A DNA stretch of 64,000 nucleotides from Vicugna vicugna (GCA_013265495.1 MU061814.1:6327684-6391683), one strand, 5' to 3'. Counted from the first letter of the stretch, positions 38,040-50,754 are shown. The notes: generated from the sequence alone by a model not told the origin. Program-made: numbers and translations.

Positions 38040-40868
38040 AATCTGGTGGCTGCAATGTACATTTTAATGGGCCTGTTCTAACACCTTGTGAAGCATCTCC
38101 ACTCACACTTTTCTTGCTGTGTGATTATCAGTAATTTGCTGAGCCATGTAGGAGCCTGAGGCGAAAGGAAAAGCCAATAGCTGGCTCAGTCTTTATGTAA
38201 TTTTTGCTATTTTATTCACCATGTAATTTGGGCATTAATTTAGGTACTTCAAATATTGCATTAAATTATTATTTATCTTGATCACTTGGTTTTGTTCCCC
38301 CCTTAAGTCTGCACCTGGCTAAATGCCTCACTCGCCTCACGGCTCCGGCCCTGAGCATCCAGAGATCACGAAACCAAGAAGCTACAGGGGCTCTGGGTGA
38401 TGTGCACCCACAGTGGCTGGCACTGGGTGAGGGTGGGTAGGAGGGTTGCTGTCCCCCTGTGGCTCAGGTGTGACAAGCCTGGAGGATGCGGGACCTGCTG
38501 AGAGCCAGCCTGGTGGCCTTGCTCAGCCTCTCCCCAAGCACCAGCTGTTTCACAACTGCTCCATTAGGGAGTGGTTTCCTCTAGTTTGGGCCTGAGTTAC
38601 TGCTCTGAGCAGAGGCACTAAGACAAAGAGTGGTACAGAGAAGGACGTACCTGTGAAGAGGACAGGACTTGGGGGCTGGCGCCAGTGGTGGCTTCTCGTG
38701 GTGGGCGCTAAGACAGGTAGGGGCACCGGAGAGCAGCGTGTACCCTTAGACAGGAGGTGGCGAGGTGGGGAGCTCAGTGCCTGGAGGGCCATGGGAGCAG
38801 AGGAACCCTACGTGGGAGGCGGTACAGCCTGTCTGCCTCCGAGTTCAGCACCGGGCATGTGGACAGCTCAGAGACGAGGGGGAAGGGGCTGTTGGAAAGA
38901 GCGGGTGGTTGTGTGTTTGGGGGACGTGCTGGACATTGGGCTTTTCTCCCTTTAACTAGAGGAGAAAAGGAGTAAGCATTGATGGTAGGACCTTAAACCT
39001 CTTTTTGACCTTGAAGAATGAAACATTAGGGCCCCAAATCTTACAATGTTCAATAGATGACTAGAGATATGCAGTCGGAGAGCAGGGTGGCTGCATGGAC
39101 AATCAGCAAGCAGGGCTGTCTTCCTGCTGCCGAAGCGGATGCTCCCGACCAGGGAAGCCTGTCTCACTTGATGTGGTTAGATTCCTAGTCCCGGATAGGT
39201 GGAAATCCCATTTAAGTTGATGTTTTACACAGATGGACACCCAGACATGGCTGCTTTATCAGGGTGTCTATTTCATAGCTAAAATTTTTAATTTGGGGGT
39301 TGGAGCGAGCCATGATCCCATGCTTAGAGATGTCAGGAGAACCCCTCCCAAGACACATATTAAATAATGCTCCTGAGTGTCCTTTCTGCAACCCAAGGAG
39401 AAGGCTGGTCTGTTCAGCTGCCAGTCAGCTGGATGACGGGTGGAGTGTCAGAGAATTTCAGACACACGGTGGAACATCCCCTAGGGGACGCGACTGTCAC
39501 TGCCAGGAGCCAGGGGTGCCATGATGGCTGTCAGGAGGTGCAGGAGTACAGGCTTGTGACTTAGCCTCAGAGACCAGTGCATGGGAGCAGGATGTGTGCT
39601 GCGGGTCCTGAGGCAGCAGGACTTCTACCTCTCCAGGCTGACCTGCTGCGGCCTGCAGGTGCGTGGTCAGGTGAGGGGAGCTGGGAAGGCCGTGCAGGCA
39701 GCAGCAGCAAGCAGGGCAGAGGTTGGGGGCTCTGAAAGATTCCACTGGGGTGCTTGGTGGGGGTAGGGAGTAAAGGAGCATACTTGAATACTGCTCTTAA
39801 ATCCTTAAGGGGAGCTTCTCCCAGGAGTGAGAACATGGATCTGCCACAAGGCTTTGCAGCAGCCATGTGTGAGCTGCCTTGCCCTCAGCTGTGCACAGGT
39901 GAGAGGGTAGAACTAGCCCAGACCGTGCCACTCCTCTGCCCCTTCCCTCCCTGGGGAAAGGGGAGACTGGGCAGGTGCTGCCCCTCCGGTTATGTCCCCC
40001 TGCCCCCCTCACTGTTTCCTTCACTGCCTGGTCCCCCCCGACCCGCCTGGCATTGGCAGATGCTCCCCAGCCTCAGCGAGGGCTTCTGGGAGGAAAGACA
40101 CCTCAGCCCTCCCACAGGGACCCTATCATCCATGTAATCTTGTGGATTTGAAAACCTGACCTAAGTCCATTCTAACTCCTCAGCTTTGCCAGCTGTCGGA
40201 ATGTGTTCTGAATGAAATGGAACAATCATCTGTCTCCTCTAGCCCAGGCCAAGGGAGTTCCCTGGGAGTCTGGGCCCCCCTGAGCAACTTGTGGCCCTGG
40301 TTTCTGCTTTGATGGCTCCTGGCCACCTTCCCCAGGTCTAGGGTCTCAGAGAGGTCAGATTGTCCCCTTGGTCTGTCCATCTGCCTGTCTGCCTGTCCTC
40401 ACACAATCCCTACTGAGCCGTGAGTGAGGTCTCTGCAGGAGAGACACTGACCTCAAAAACATGAGTGAATGAGCTTACTTCAGATGGTGGTGAGCACAGG
40501 GTGGAGAGGGGGTGGGGGCTGGGAAGACGGAGGCAGCAGGCCTGGCCACCCACGGCCGCACTCTGCTCCCCAGGTCTGGAACACCCCCACCCTGAGGCCG
40601 CCCTCCCTGATCCACGGAGCCTCCCCACGCCCACCCAGGCTCCCATGTCCAAGCAGCCCCTACCGCTCAAGCTCTCCTCTGACATCCTCCCTTGCCTGGA
40701 GTGAGGGACCTGCCAGTCTGGTGCTCCTCAGGCCGGGACATCCCACAGGGCCAGAGAGGCAGGACGGTGTCTCGAGCTGCTGGGGTCAGGCTTCAGTACG
40801 GACTCTGATCTTTGTCCAGCCCTCAGCCACCTCTTCAGCTGCGAAGGCCCCAGAAGGACCAAGCAGAA

Positions 40869-40941
40869 AAGAGAGTGACAGACAGAGAGACAGAGAGACA
40901 GAGAGAGAAACAGACAGCGATAGAAACAAAGACAGAGAGAG
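40869..40941. repeat. (GA/GACA)n low-complexity tract
   Basis: gagagtgacagacagagagacagagagacagagagagaaacagacag... Confidence 0.8.
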
Positions 40942-43404
40942 CAAGGATGACTGAACGGGCAAGAAAGAGAAGGGGGCCACCCCTCCTGAGACCACCTAAA
41001 CTTGGTCTCTGAACTTGGGCAGGGCTTGGGCAGAGCTGGACTCGCCGGTGAAGGTGAAGATTGGCACAAAGCCTGCTGGGCCTCTAACTGGACACTTGCG
41101 GACACAGAGAGTTCACCCTTTCCTCTTTGTTACTGGCTATGTGTCTGGCAGACTTCTCACAACCACACCCCAACCACACCCCAAGGGTCTACCAGTTTCA
41201 AGGTTGCTTAGCACGTTCCCGTTTTTGGAGTTTGTAAATCTCCAACTCAGGGAACTCAGCTTCGTCAAGGGTGCCAGGTGGATAGGAGTGAAAGCGGCTG
41301 ATCTTTGTAACGTGTCCTGTGAGAAGTGCTCACGTGACCGACTTCAGTGAAAATGCAAAATGGAACCAAGCAGTGACACCGTCCTGGATGAGGCCACGGC
41401 CAGGACACTGGTGAAGCGAGTTCAGGGGAACAGGGAGGGACGGCGGGGAGCAGCAGGACGGGCTGCATCTGCACGTGTAGCTCCTTCTCCTCCCGGTAGT
41501 TTCCTTTTGGAGACAGAGCTATCTGTCTTAATTGGAGCGAAGAGCTGGTTAGGGAGCCCAGGGCAGTTGTGAGTCATGCTCCTGGTGGCAGAATGCGGTT
41601 GGCATCACAGAAACATTGCGGGCTTGTGCTTGAGAGATGGGGTAAGGGGCTGAGGTTGGCTTGGCTGTGACGGGGCCTTTCACCCTCAAGATGAGAGGCC
41701 ACTTATTTTCTGCGGGCCTTCTGGAAATAGCCTTGATTGGTTTGTGCTCAGAACAGGTGGAGAGTTTTTAAAAATAAGTCAGTGGAAACTTGGGAAGTGT
41801 CTCATTGTCTTTGCACCAGGAAGTGTGTTTTCTGTGGTGCTGGGAGGTGGGGGGCTGCCAGCAGGAGAGTGGGGTACAGGGCTCCCACCATACACACGCA
41901 CAGCACCAGTTGAGGGCATGCGGACAGCAGAGAACCGCCTCTGAGAAGGAAAACAACCAAGTCCAGCGGGGCAGGTTCTGCCAAGCCTCACCCAGTGCTT
42001 CCGAGGCAGCCGCCACGCCAGTTTAAGCTGTTCGGGAATCAGATTTCCCTGCTTCACTGTCGATGCCTAAGTGGTCCACCCGGCTCTTCCCAACTCATTC
42101 TCATGTTGAAGCACTAACCCTCGCTTTTCCTCCCGTAGTTCCATGTCTTCCTTTTAAAATCAAAGCTGCCGGCAACGAAGAGACCATCCCACTTACTGAC
42201 CATAGGATGCAGACAAATTGCAGGTGGAAAGGTGCTCGGCAAAGTGAACGTGCAGCTGTAGCTCCACTGAGGGGAGCTCGCAGGCTGCAACCCTCTCCAG
42301 TCTCTGCTCTTTGAATAATTGACCTGCAGGAAATCCGAATTGCCAAGGCACGCTTTAACCTCGCAGAATGCTTGCCAATTTCCTTGGGAAAACTGACAAA
42401 AAAACTTTTTTAAGAAGAGCTGTAGATTGTGTTTCAGCTGAGAGTTGCACGGAGCAGTCGGACTCATCAGCCCCTTTGTGCCGCTGCACCGGAAGCCGCT
42501 GGGCTTGCGCTCCGCGCAGACAACGTTTGAAGGCTCATAAATGTAATGAAGTCCCTTTGACACCTGCTCCTCTCTTCACTTTAAATGCAAGCCATTGGTC
42601 CAGGGGGAACCTCTGCTTTAAAAATAGAAATTACATTAATTGTCCTCCGTGCTGCTGGAAGACTGCAAACACACAGCTCAGCTCTGTGGCTCTGCAGCCG
42701 CGACTAGACAGGCTGCATAAATTATTCCAGATTTTGATGTTTCTTCCTTAACAAACCACATGAATCTTTGTATATTCATGCTGCCCAGGGAGGAGCTCAC
42801 TTTGCAAGTTCCATCTTACTAATGGGGGTGGGGGTGTGTTAATGGGAGGATTCCCTTTCTTTTCTTCCTGGGTGGAGCTTCGGACACCGGTCTTGTGCCG
42901 GCTTTTGGGAGCTGGAGCCCCCTCTTGCTCCTGTCCCATCATCTGGCTTTGACTTTGATGGCCTCAGCTGTGGCCCAGGACAGGTGGGAAGAGCCCTCTC
43001 CCACCTCTAACTCACTGTCACCTGCCTGCCCAGGTTTGTCCCTGGAGACCCAGGAGGAGGATTCTGTGTGCTGACCTGTGGCCCTTGGGGGCGTCCCTGT
43101 CTGATCCTCGTCCCCAGGCTTTGCCCTCCTGGGGGTTCTCCCTCCAATCCCTTGAAGGACCATGTGGGTAACATCCCCAGTGGAAGTGGGTCTGGGGCAG
43201 AGCATGTGGGGTGAGAACTCTGATGGATTCAGGTGGGGTGGCCAGAGGACATGCAGGGTCCCCCTCAGGAGGCTCCACTCATCCTTCCTGGGAGAAGTGA
43301 CACCTTTGGGAGGGTGGTCCGTGAGTCTAGCCTAGATGACCCTTGGCCTGCATTCCTGCCTTAGCTTGGCTCTCACCCCAGTCTGCCTCCCACCTCTGGA
43401 GCCA

Positions 43405-43660
43405 GCGTAGTGGCCACAGGTACTTGGCATGTGGTTGGTCGAACTCAGATGGGCTGTGAGTCCAGGAGACATGAGGAATTTCTAATAGTTGGCACGAAAC
43501 AAAATCTCATTCATAATTTTTATATTGATACTGTTGAAATTATAATGTTTTGGATAGGTTGGTCTAAGTAAGGTTTAGAATGAAAATTAATTCCACCCAT
43601 TTCTTTTTACATTTTAATGTGATTATTAGAGAATTTTACATGATGTGGATGACTTGCACT
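43405..43660 (-). mobile_element. MER33 (hAT-Charlie) DNA transposon relic; boundaries approximate
   Basis: AT-rich island aaaatctcattcataatttttatattgatactgttgaaattataatgttttggata...aaaattaattccacccatttctttttacattttaatgtg matches the reverse complement of the recalled MER33 consensus. Confidence 0.75.
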
Positions 43661-44328
43661 CTTTTTCACTGGGTGGTGGTGCCTGGAGGCCCCTGTGCCT
43701 GCAGGAGCTCACATGGGGGGTCCGGACTCATGTGGGGATGGTTGGGTCTCTGGGCTCAGGCTGCCCCCCTTGGGCTCTCCCTGGTACAGTACATGGTAGA
43801 AATGGAAGCCATTGACCTCTGGATGCTTTGCGGAGGCCTGCTCGGGTCCCAGCCTCCTGTTTCTAACAAGACAACCCTAGTGTGCTTGGGTCAACAACTC
43901 CCAGGGGAAGCTGGGCTCTGGCACACGGTGTGGTCAGAGTTAGTGTTGGGCAACCTGCCCTGCCCTGCCCTGCCCACTGTGAGCAGAGGATGGTGTCGCC
44001 AGGAGATCACGTATTACCAAACCTCGACACTAATGAAGGTCTGGTGGGTGTAGCTTCCTCCTCGGATGTGGACCTGGGGCAGCAGTAGAGTCAGAACAGG
44101 AGACGGGGGATCGTCTAGGGCTGGTGGTCTCTGCCCTGAAGTCCCTCCTCCCTGCCTGCTGCTCCCAGGTCCACAGGCCTTTCTTGCCTTGTGAGCCCAT
44201 TTCTTGTTCTGGGTCACAGATTCACATGTACCCCAAAGCCTGAGCCAGGAAACCACCCAGGTGACGCCGTAGCCTCCCAGGGTGGTCCTGCTGGTTTCCG
44301 CTGACAGCTCTGTTGTTTTCACTTGCAG

Positions 44329-44383
44329 ATGAGCTTGGAAAACGAGGAAAAGAGAGCTCGAACAAGATCCAAGGCCCTCCGAG
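44329..44383 (+). CDS. MYT1: MYT1 coding exon 1 (55 nt): MSLENEEKRARTRSKALR
   Basis: Acceptor ttttcacttgcag|ATG and donor CGAG|gtgagt; ends in phase 1. Confidence 0.96.
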
Positions 44384-45287
44384 GTGAGTTCTGCACCCCT
44401 CCCACCAGGGTCTGGCCTGGGCAGCCCAAAGCCCAGCTCTGGCCCAGAGACCCAGGTCCTGAAGCTGTGAAGGCCATGTCCCCCAACAGTTTTCCTCAGG
44501 AAGACAGACCCCACAGCCGTGCCTAAGGCCCCAGGACGCTGCCCCCCTACGCTGGGTGCCTGGGGTCTGAGGTGCCTGGAGGCCTCAAGCCTCTTCAGCC
44601 TCTGGGTGCCTGAGAGGGCCGCGGGGTAAGGGTGGGGGCCTGCTGGGTTGGAGATGAGGAGGCAGAGCCTGGTTAGACCTGTTCTGTCTGGAAAGGAGAG
44701 GCCGCCAGCCTCTGCCTCCTAGGATGTCAGTCTTGGTGCCGGTGCCGGGAGTTTGGGGCAGTGTTGAGTCCAACCAGCAGTGGGGTGGGGAGGGGCCAAG
44801 GCCCTGTTTGCTCTGCAAGGATGAGCCTTGCCCCCTGCACCACAGCGCCCAGCTGGGCGAGGGTCTTGTGCTCTGAGCGCCCCCACGGCCCCATCACTGA
44901 GGGACCAGCTGCTTGGACCCCCATTCTCTTCTCTGTCCAGCTCTATCTGGTGGGTCCTGTTTCCTGCCAGGCGCTGACCCCTACATGCGGTCAGAGGAGG
45001 AGACAGTGCCCTGGCCTGAGCGCCCAGGGAGCCTGCCTTGGGTGGGCCGTCTGTTCCAGTCCACAAAACCACCAGCCCCCAGGGGAGGGGCTGGCAGAAC
45101 ATGGGCTTGGAGGGGGGCAGCTGGCGCTGGGGGCCCTGGAGGACATGCTAGGAGGTCAAGGATTACTGGAGGGGCAGGTCCTATGGGGGCACCTCCACTT
45201 TTCACTCCACTGGTGCTGCAGGGCAATGTGCCTTTTCAGTTCTGACTCCCACATGCGTTTCCCTGTTTCTCTGTTTCTCTCACTCAG

Positions 45288-45318
45288 CTCCCCCAGAGCC
45301 CACAGGTGCTGACCTCAG
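45288..45318 (+). CDS. MYT1: MYT1 coding exon 2 (31 nt): (A)PPEPTGADL(S)
   Basis: Long CT-rich tract then cactcag|; donor CAG|gtaaga; phase 1 to 2. Matches the recalled human GPPETTAADLS segment. Confidence 0.93.
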
Positions 45319-46849
45319 GTAAGAAAGGCTTTTTGCCAGCATCAAGCATGGTGCATCCCTGGGACCCGGACATCCTAAATGTCCCACACTAGGCACTTGG
45401 AATTGGCCAGCTGCGCCCGAGCCTGTTTCCCTAAGCAGGCCCCTCTCTTCCTTGCCTGTGTCCCGTGTCTGCATCCCGCCTCTGTCCTGGCCCCACCGTG
45501 CGGTCAAACTTGCGCAGGGATGCCCACACCTGGTCACCACCAGGACCTGACAGCCACCACTGTCATGTTCCCAGCCAACAGCAAGGCTCTCACAAACGCT
45601 TGTATGTCAGATGGTCTGAAGCCCTATTCGGGCAGAGACGAGGGGTCAGGCTGTCCCATGTCCTGAGTCTTCCACTGACTCAGGTGGTCAGAGGTGCAGA
45701 CAGTGGTCTGTGTGCTGGCCGAGCTTGATGACTTTCCAGATTCCCGGTCGGTCTCACAGGGACATGCACTCCGAGGAGGAAGGAGGGCAGACACATAGCA
45801 GTTTGCTGGGTTGAGACAGCAGGGTCTGGGCCCTCCTCCCCAGAGGTAGACTTGCCCTTGCCTGCTGGCTTCTGCCCTGGGCTTGGCCAACACCTTTGTA
45901 TGGGGGGGCTGGGGGGGCTGGGAGGCCAGAGAGAAAGCCACTCCAATGTCTACGTCTTGAGGCTGCCCCAGTACCACTCCACACAGCCTTCCAACTGCAG
46001 GCCTGTGGGCCTGGGCTCTTCCTGGGTATCCACTGGCAGCCTCGGGTGCCGACTTGCCCAGGCAGAACTCCAGTGAATGGTGTCCAGTGACTGGCAAAGA
46101 AAACCAGGCCCTCGCGCCCCCATTTTCTGAGGAAGGGTGCCACTGCGTCTGGATCAAAGCACTGGAGGAGGAGGGAGGGGGTGCCAGGTGGGCACTGGGT
46201 GCCTCATTTAATTTTTACAAATTCCTGTGAGATGGGGCCAGGCTTGAACTGTGGTTGAGATAACCTGCCTGAGGCTCGTCCTTGGAGGAATGAAGGGGCT
46301 CGGAACCCACCCTCCTTCCCCTGTGGCAGCTCTGACTCTGAGTACACCATGGTGCCCGGAAACAGCTGCTCTGCCCACGCTGTGGGGTCAGGGTGACACG
46401 AGGGGTTGAGGGTGACAGCCACATCTTGATGGACACTTCTGTGGGCTTGCAGGCTTGTGGGAGGAGACAGACAGAGCAGTCCAGTTACTGAGGGTGGATG
46501 CTCCCTCTGCCCTGGGCCTGGAACAGCTCTGGCCACATAAGTGCATGATTCTGGGGTATCTACTGCTTCTAAATTCTTAGGGGTGACGGTTCTCACTAAA
46601 CAGTGAGCACATCCGGGGCTGGGACCGTCTCATTCTCCACCAGAGAGCTGTTGCATGGATGGCTTTTGCCAATCAGGAAAACAAGAGGACCCCGGATCAC
46701 TCTAGCACAACTCCAGCCTTTGAGGCTGTAACTTGGAGATGGAAGGGAAGCGTGCAGGAGGGATGCCCAGAGCCCCGGGCACTGGGCAGCTCTGCAGTGG
46801 CTGCACAGTGCTGTCTGATCTCAGGGATCCTCACGGAAGCTCTGCCGGG

Positions 46850-46925
46850 TGGTGGTATTGTCTCACTTGTGAAGGGGGAAACTGAGGCTCAGAGGGTTAA
46901 AGTTCATGCAGCCGGAATAGCTGAA
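46850..46925 (-). mobile_element. MIR SINE core relic
   Basis: gggaaactgaggctcagagggttaaag is a near-consensus MIR core. Confidence 0.6.
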
Positions 46926-49900
46926 TCACAGGGCGGGAGGGTGAGGGTGGGGCAGCAGCCAAGCTGGGCCACGGCGGGTCCACAGAGCACTGTGGGGAGC
47001 TCCCTGTGTGGCGGGGTCCTGTGGGCGAACCACTGGAGAAGATGTGCGTGGTGCTCAGAGAGGCCACGGCATACAGGGTGGAGAGAAGGCTTCCAGGAGG
47101 AGGCCTGCTGCTTCTCCATGGGACGTCCACCTGGGGACATCTTGGGGACAATAAGGGGAAGGAGGTTGTGCACAGGACTCGAGTTTTGGTAACAGCAGTT
47201 AATTTTGGCTCAGGTGAAGTAATGGGGGAAGTTGGAAAGGCAGGCCCAAAGGGCTAGGTTTCTCTCGAAGCTTTGAAGCAAAAATGACTCTCAAAATAGA
47301 TTTGTTTTGAAATATTCTGAGCGAGGACCTGATAGTATAAGTACGGGGATGACGTGGGCACCTGGACCGTGTCCACCTTCATTAATCTTGCGGTCTCAAC
47401 CTGTTTACTTGGCAAGAGTGAGACCCGTAAGTTTTGGTGGAGAAACTGGGCACAGAGGCATTGACACGTTCTAGAAACAGTGTCTTCAAGTTTTTGAGAA
47501 TCAATGCTTAGAGGAAAATGGATCAGGCTGTGCCAAGGAGCACATGTGCTCCACATGGAAGGTGCCCCTCACTCCTGTGTCACAACCATCTGTTGTCCAC
47601 GAGGTGCATGTGGGGTACGGCCCGTGGGAGGGTTCACGCTGTGGAAAGGGGCAGAGGCTGCCTGCAGGCTCCTCCCCTCAGCACACCAGGGGCTGTGGTC
47701 AGACAAGTGGACGAGACCCTGTCCTGGTGGGCGTACGCCCCCAGTGCCTACCCAACGCTGGTTGAGACCCACCGAGGAAACTCACCGCTGTGACTCAAAG
47801 GACCCGTTCGGACCACCTGAAGGGAGGAAGGGTCATGGTGGAGCCGCCCGAGCAGGACTCATTTCACGGACGAGGGACTCACACCCGTGGTCCCAGAGGC
47901 TGCATCGGCCTCTCACCCCTGCCCCTTCCCCAGCTCAGCCACGTGCCCTCAGCTCAGTGGTTGTGGGGCGTGAGCTGAGAGCGGTCACCCTGGAACAGGC
48001 AGGAATCCCAGCTGCCCCCAACCCCTGGCCCCCTTCAAGTCTTGCTCTGACTTTCACATGATTCCTGAGATAACACAAGTGGGTCTGGGCCTTTCCCTTG
48101 GCACCAGTGTAGAACCACAGACACCTCTGCTGGCCCCCCGGGCCCGTCCGCTGTCACACAGCTGCTACAGCCACTGGAGGCGGGTTAGGTGGGGTGGGGT
48201 GGCGCCACCCTACTGTGCAGAAGGAAGTGGGCAGACCCCTCTGGAGTGTCTTTGGGACATCTCCAGGTTCTGGAAGGGACGTCTGCCCTCCTGTCCTTAC
48301 CTGAGGGCTTCTTCCTTGAGCCGGCGGCCAGCTCCCGCCTAGGGGTCAGCCTGAGTAGGGAGTCCTCTACCTGCCTCCAGGGGCGGAGGGGTGGGAAGCC
48401 AGTCTCTTCCAGGGGCTCCCGCTGGGATGAGCTCCTCCTGGCCTTGGTCTTGGGCCCTCAGAGCAGTCACCTGGACCCTGCGTGGTGCTACCTGTGGGCA
48501 GGCCCTCGGGGAGCTTACCTGCCTACTCCTGTCTCTGCCACACTCAGAGCCTTGCTGGTGAGTCGGGGGAGGGCTTGGCTGGGTCTTCCTCCCCCAACGG
48601 TGAAAGAGGCTCCAGAGGCCCAGAACCAGGGCTTGTGCCTCACCCTGCCCTCTGGCCCCGTGCACTCAGGGAACCATTTGAGCACTGGGGGTCCCTGTAG
48701 GGTAGCCTGCGGGTGCTGCCCTGCTGGGACCGGGGCTGGGTCTCATGTCGGTGATGCTCCGGGCCACCCTGTGGGGAGCAGGGGATGTCCAGCTTCCTTT
48801 CCCAGAGTAGCCCTAGCCAGCTCTGGCCCCTGAGGGGCTGGAAGCCAGGACCCCTCTGAACTGGTGGGCGGAGGTGGGACTTGGAGCAGGTGACGTGTTT
48901 GGGGGCAGTGCCAGTGCCCCACAGGCCTCCACAGCAGCTGGCACCTAATTGCCTGATTAACTCAGTGATTAATCGACTAATTGGGACCTCAGCTTCAAAT
49001 CCCCGATAACAAGGAGCTTTTGTGAAGAGTCTCAAAGCTAGTTCTTGAGAAAGTGACAGCAAGTGTGGGGTGTAGATTCCAGAATGGAGAGGCTGTGGGC
49101 AGCAGGGAGTCCTCTGGGTCTGGAGAGGAAACAGACAGCAACGTTTGCATGTCTTCCCCCTCCCCCTCCTCCCCTCCCCTTACCCGCCCCGTCTGCCCCT
49201 GAGCTTTCCTCTCCTCCTCTAAACACCAGGAGCATCAGCCCTGGGATGAGCCCTGGTGGCCCCACTGCGGAGGGCTGTGGGAGGAGCTGGGGGCCGGGCT
49301 CTGTCCTCAGACTGTTCTGTTCCTCCCTGGCAGGTTGGGTTGGGTCGGCGTGTTGGTGGGTGTGGCCTTCCAGCCGGCTGCACCCCACGGTCATCTGCGG
49401 TCAGGCTCATGATCAATCAGATTAGAAACTGTCGGAGTGTCTGGATACAGGTCCCGAGTGGTGCCTCTTTTGGGGTCCCAGGCAGCCACAGGTGTTGGTG
49501 GGGCAGCACAACCCTTCCTTCCCGGGTTCTAGGAGAGCCTGATCTGAGGTGGGGAGCTCAGACCCCATGATGTCCGCCCCGTCACAGGGTCATCCTTTCT
49601 TGGATGGGGGCACTGTGGTGCCCCCTTCCAGGAGGAGCTTGGGCTCCCCTCCCCCAGGCTCTCCGTCTCAGCATCGGTCTGCCGCTCTGCAACACGAGGT
49701 GGTGCCAGCTTCCCGCAGTCCTGGTCCATGGATGTGCCCAAAGGCCCGACCTGGGACCCTGGCCTTGAGCCCCACGTGGTCCCTTGGGGAGCTGACTTCT
49801 AGGGAAGTGGTTTGAGTGGTCCCTGCGCGTGATCAGAAGTTTCCAGAACTTACCACCATTTGGTTCTGTGGGGAGACAGTTGATGGTAGGGGGAGAGGAA

Positions 49901-50515
49901 CTCCTGAAGTCTTACCTCTGTCGCAGTGTGGGAGCTGCCAGAGGCCAGGCATCGCCCTCAGCCAGGTCTCACGGCAGCGCCTGGATTGTGGGCCCTCCTG
50001 GCCTCACCTGCCTCCGCAGGAAGCTGGAGTCACAGTAGGGTGCGGGTTCTGGGGTGGGGTCTTTGCCGCCGAACCACGCCCACCTCCAGCTGGGCCCTTG
50101 GCTCCAGCCAAAGCTGCAGGTCTGCAGAGCCGTTTCTGCCTGGGGGCAGGGGCTGTAGAGACTCTGTCCTCAGTAGCTGTGGACCTCTCAGCTGCCTGAC
50201 GGCCTGGAGAATGCGTGTTTGTGTTCTGTCCTCGGGCTTCAGGTGCTGGCTCTGGGGCCACGTCCGAGGGTCCTGGTCCCTGCCCCTTGAAAGCCTGGTG
50301 GCAGTTTGCCTGCAGTGGGAAAGACTCACCCGTGAAGAAAGGAAGACGTCCAGTCTTGATCTCATGCATACAGATCTTTAATTAAACACACTCATGAAAT
50401 TGTAATGAGCCATTCATTTATTTAAATGGGGTGAATTATTTCATTAATTTTTAGCAAACTGCAAGCAGCTGTTCTGAGATGAACTGTTTAGAGACAGGGT
50501 GAGGGTCTGGGGTGA

Positions 50516-50635
<120 letters not shown>

Positions 50636-50754
50636 TAAGGAGGCCTGTGGCCCTGACCAGGTTCCTGCGGAAGAGGTAGGGCTGCTGGGGGCCTTTCGTG
50701 GATCTAGATCTTTCCATCTCTGCTCTCGGCTGCTGAGCCGCGCTGTCCTCGCAC

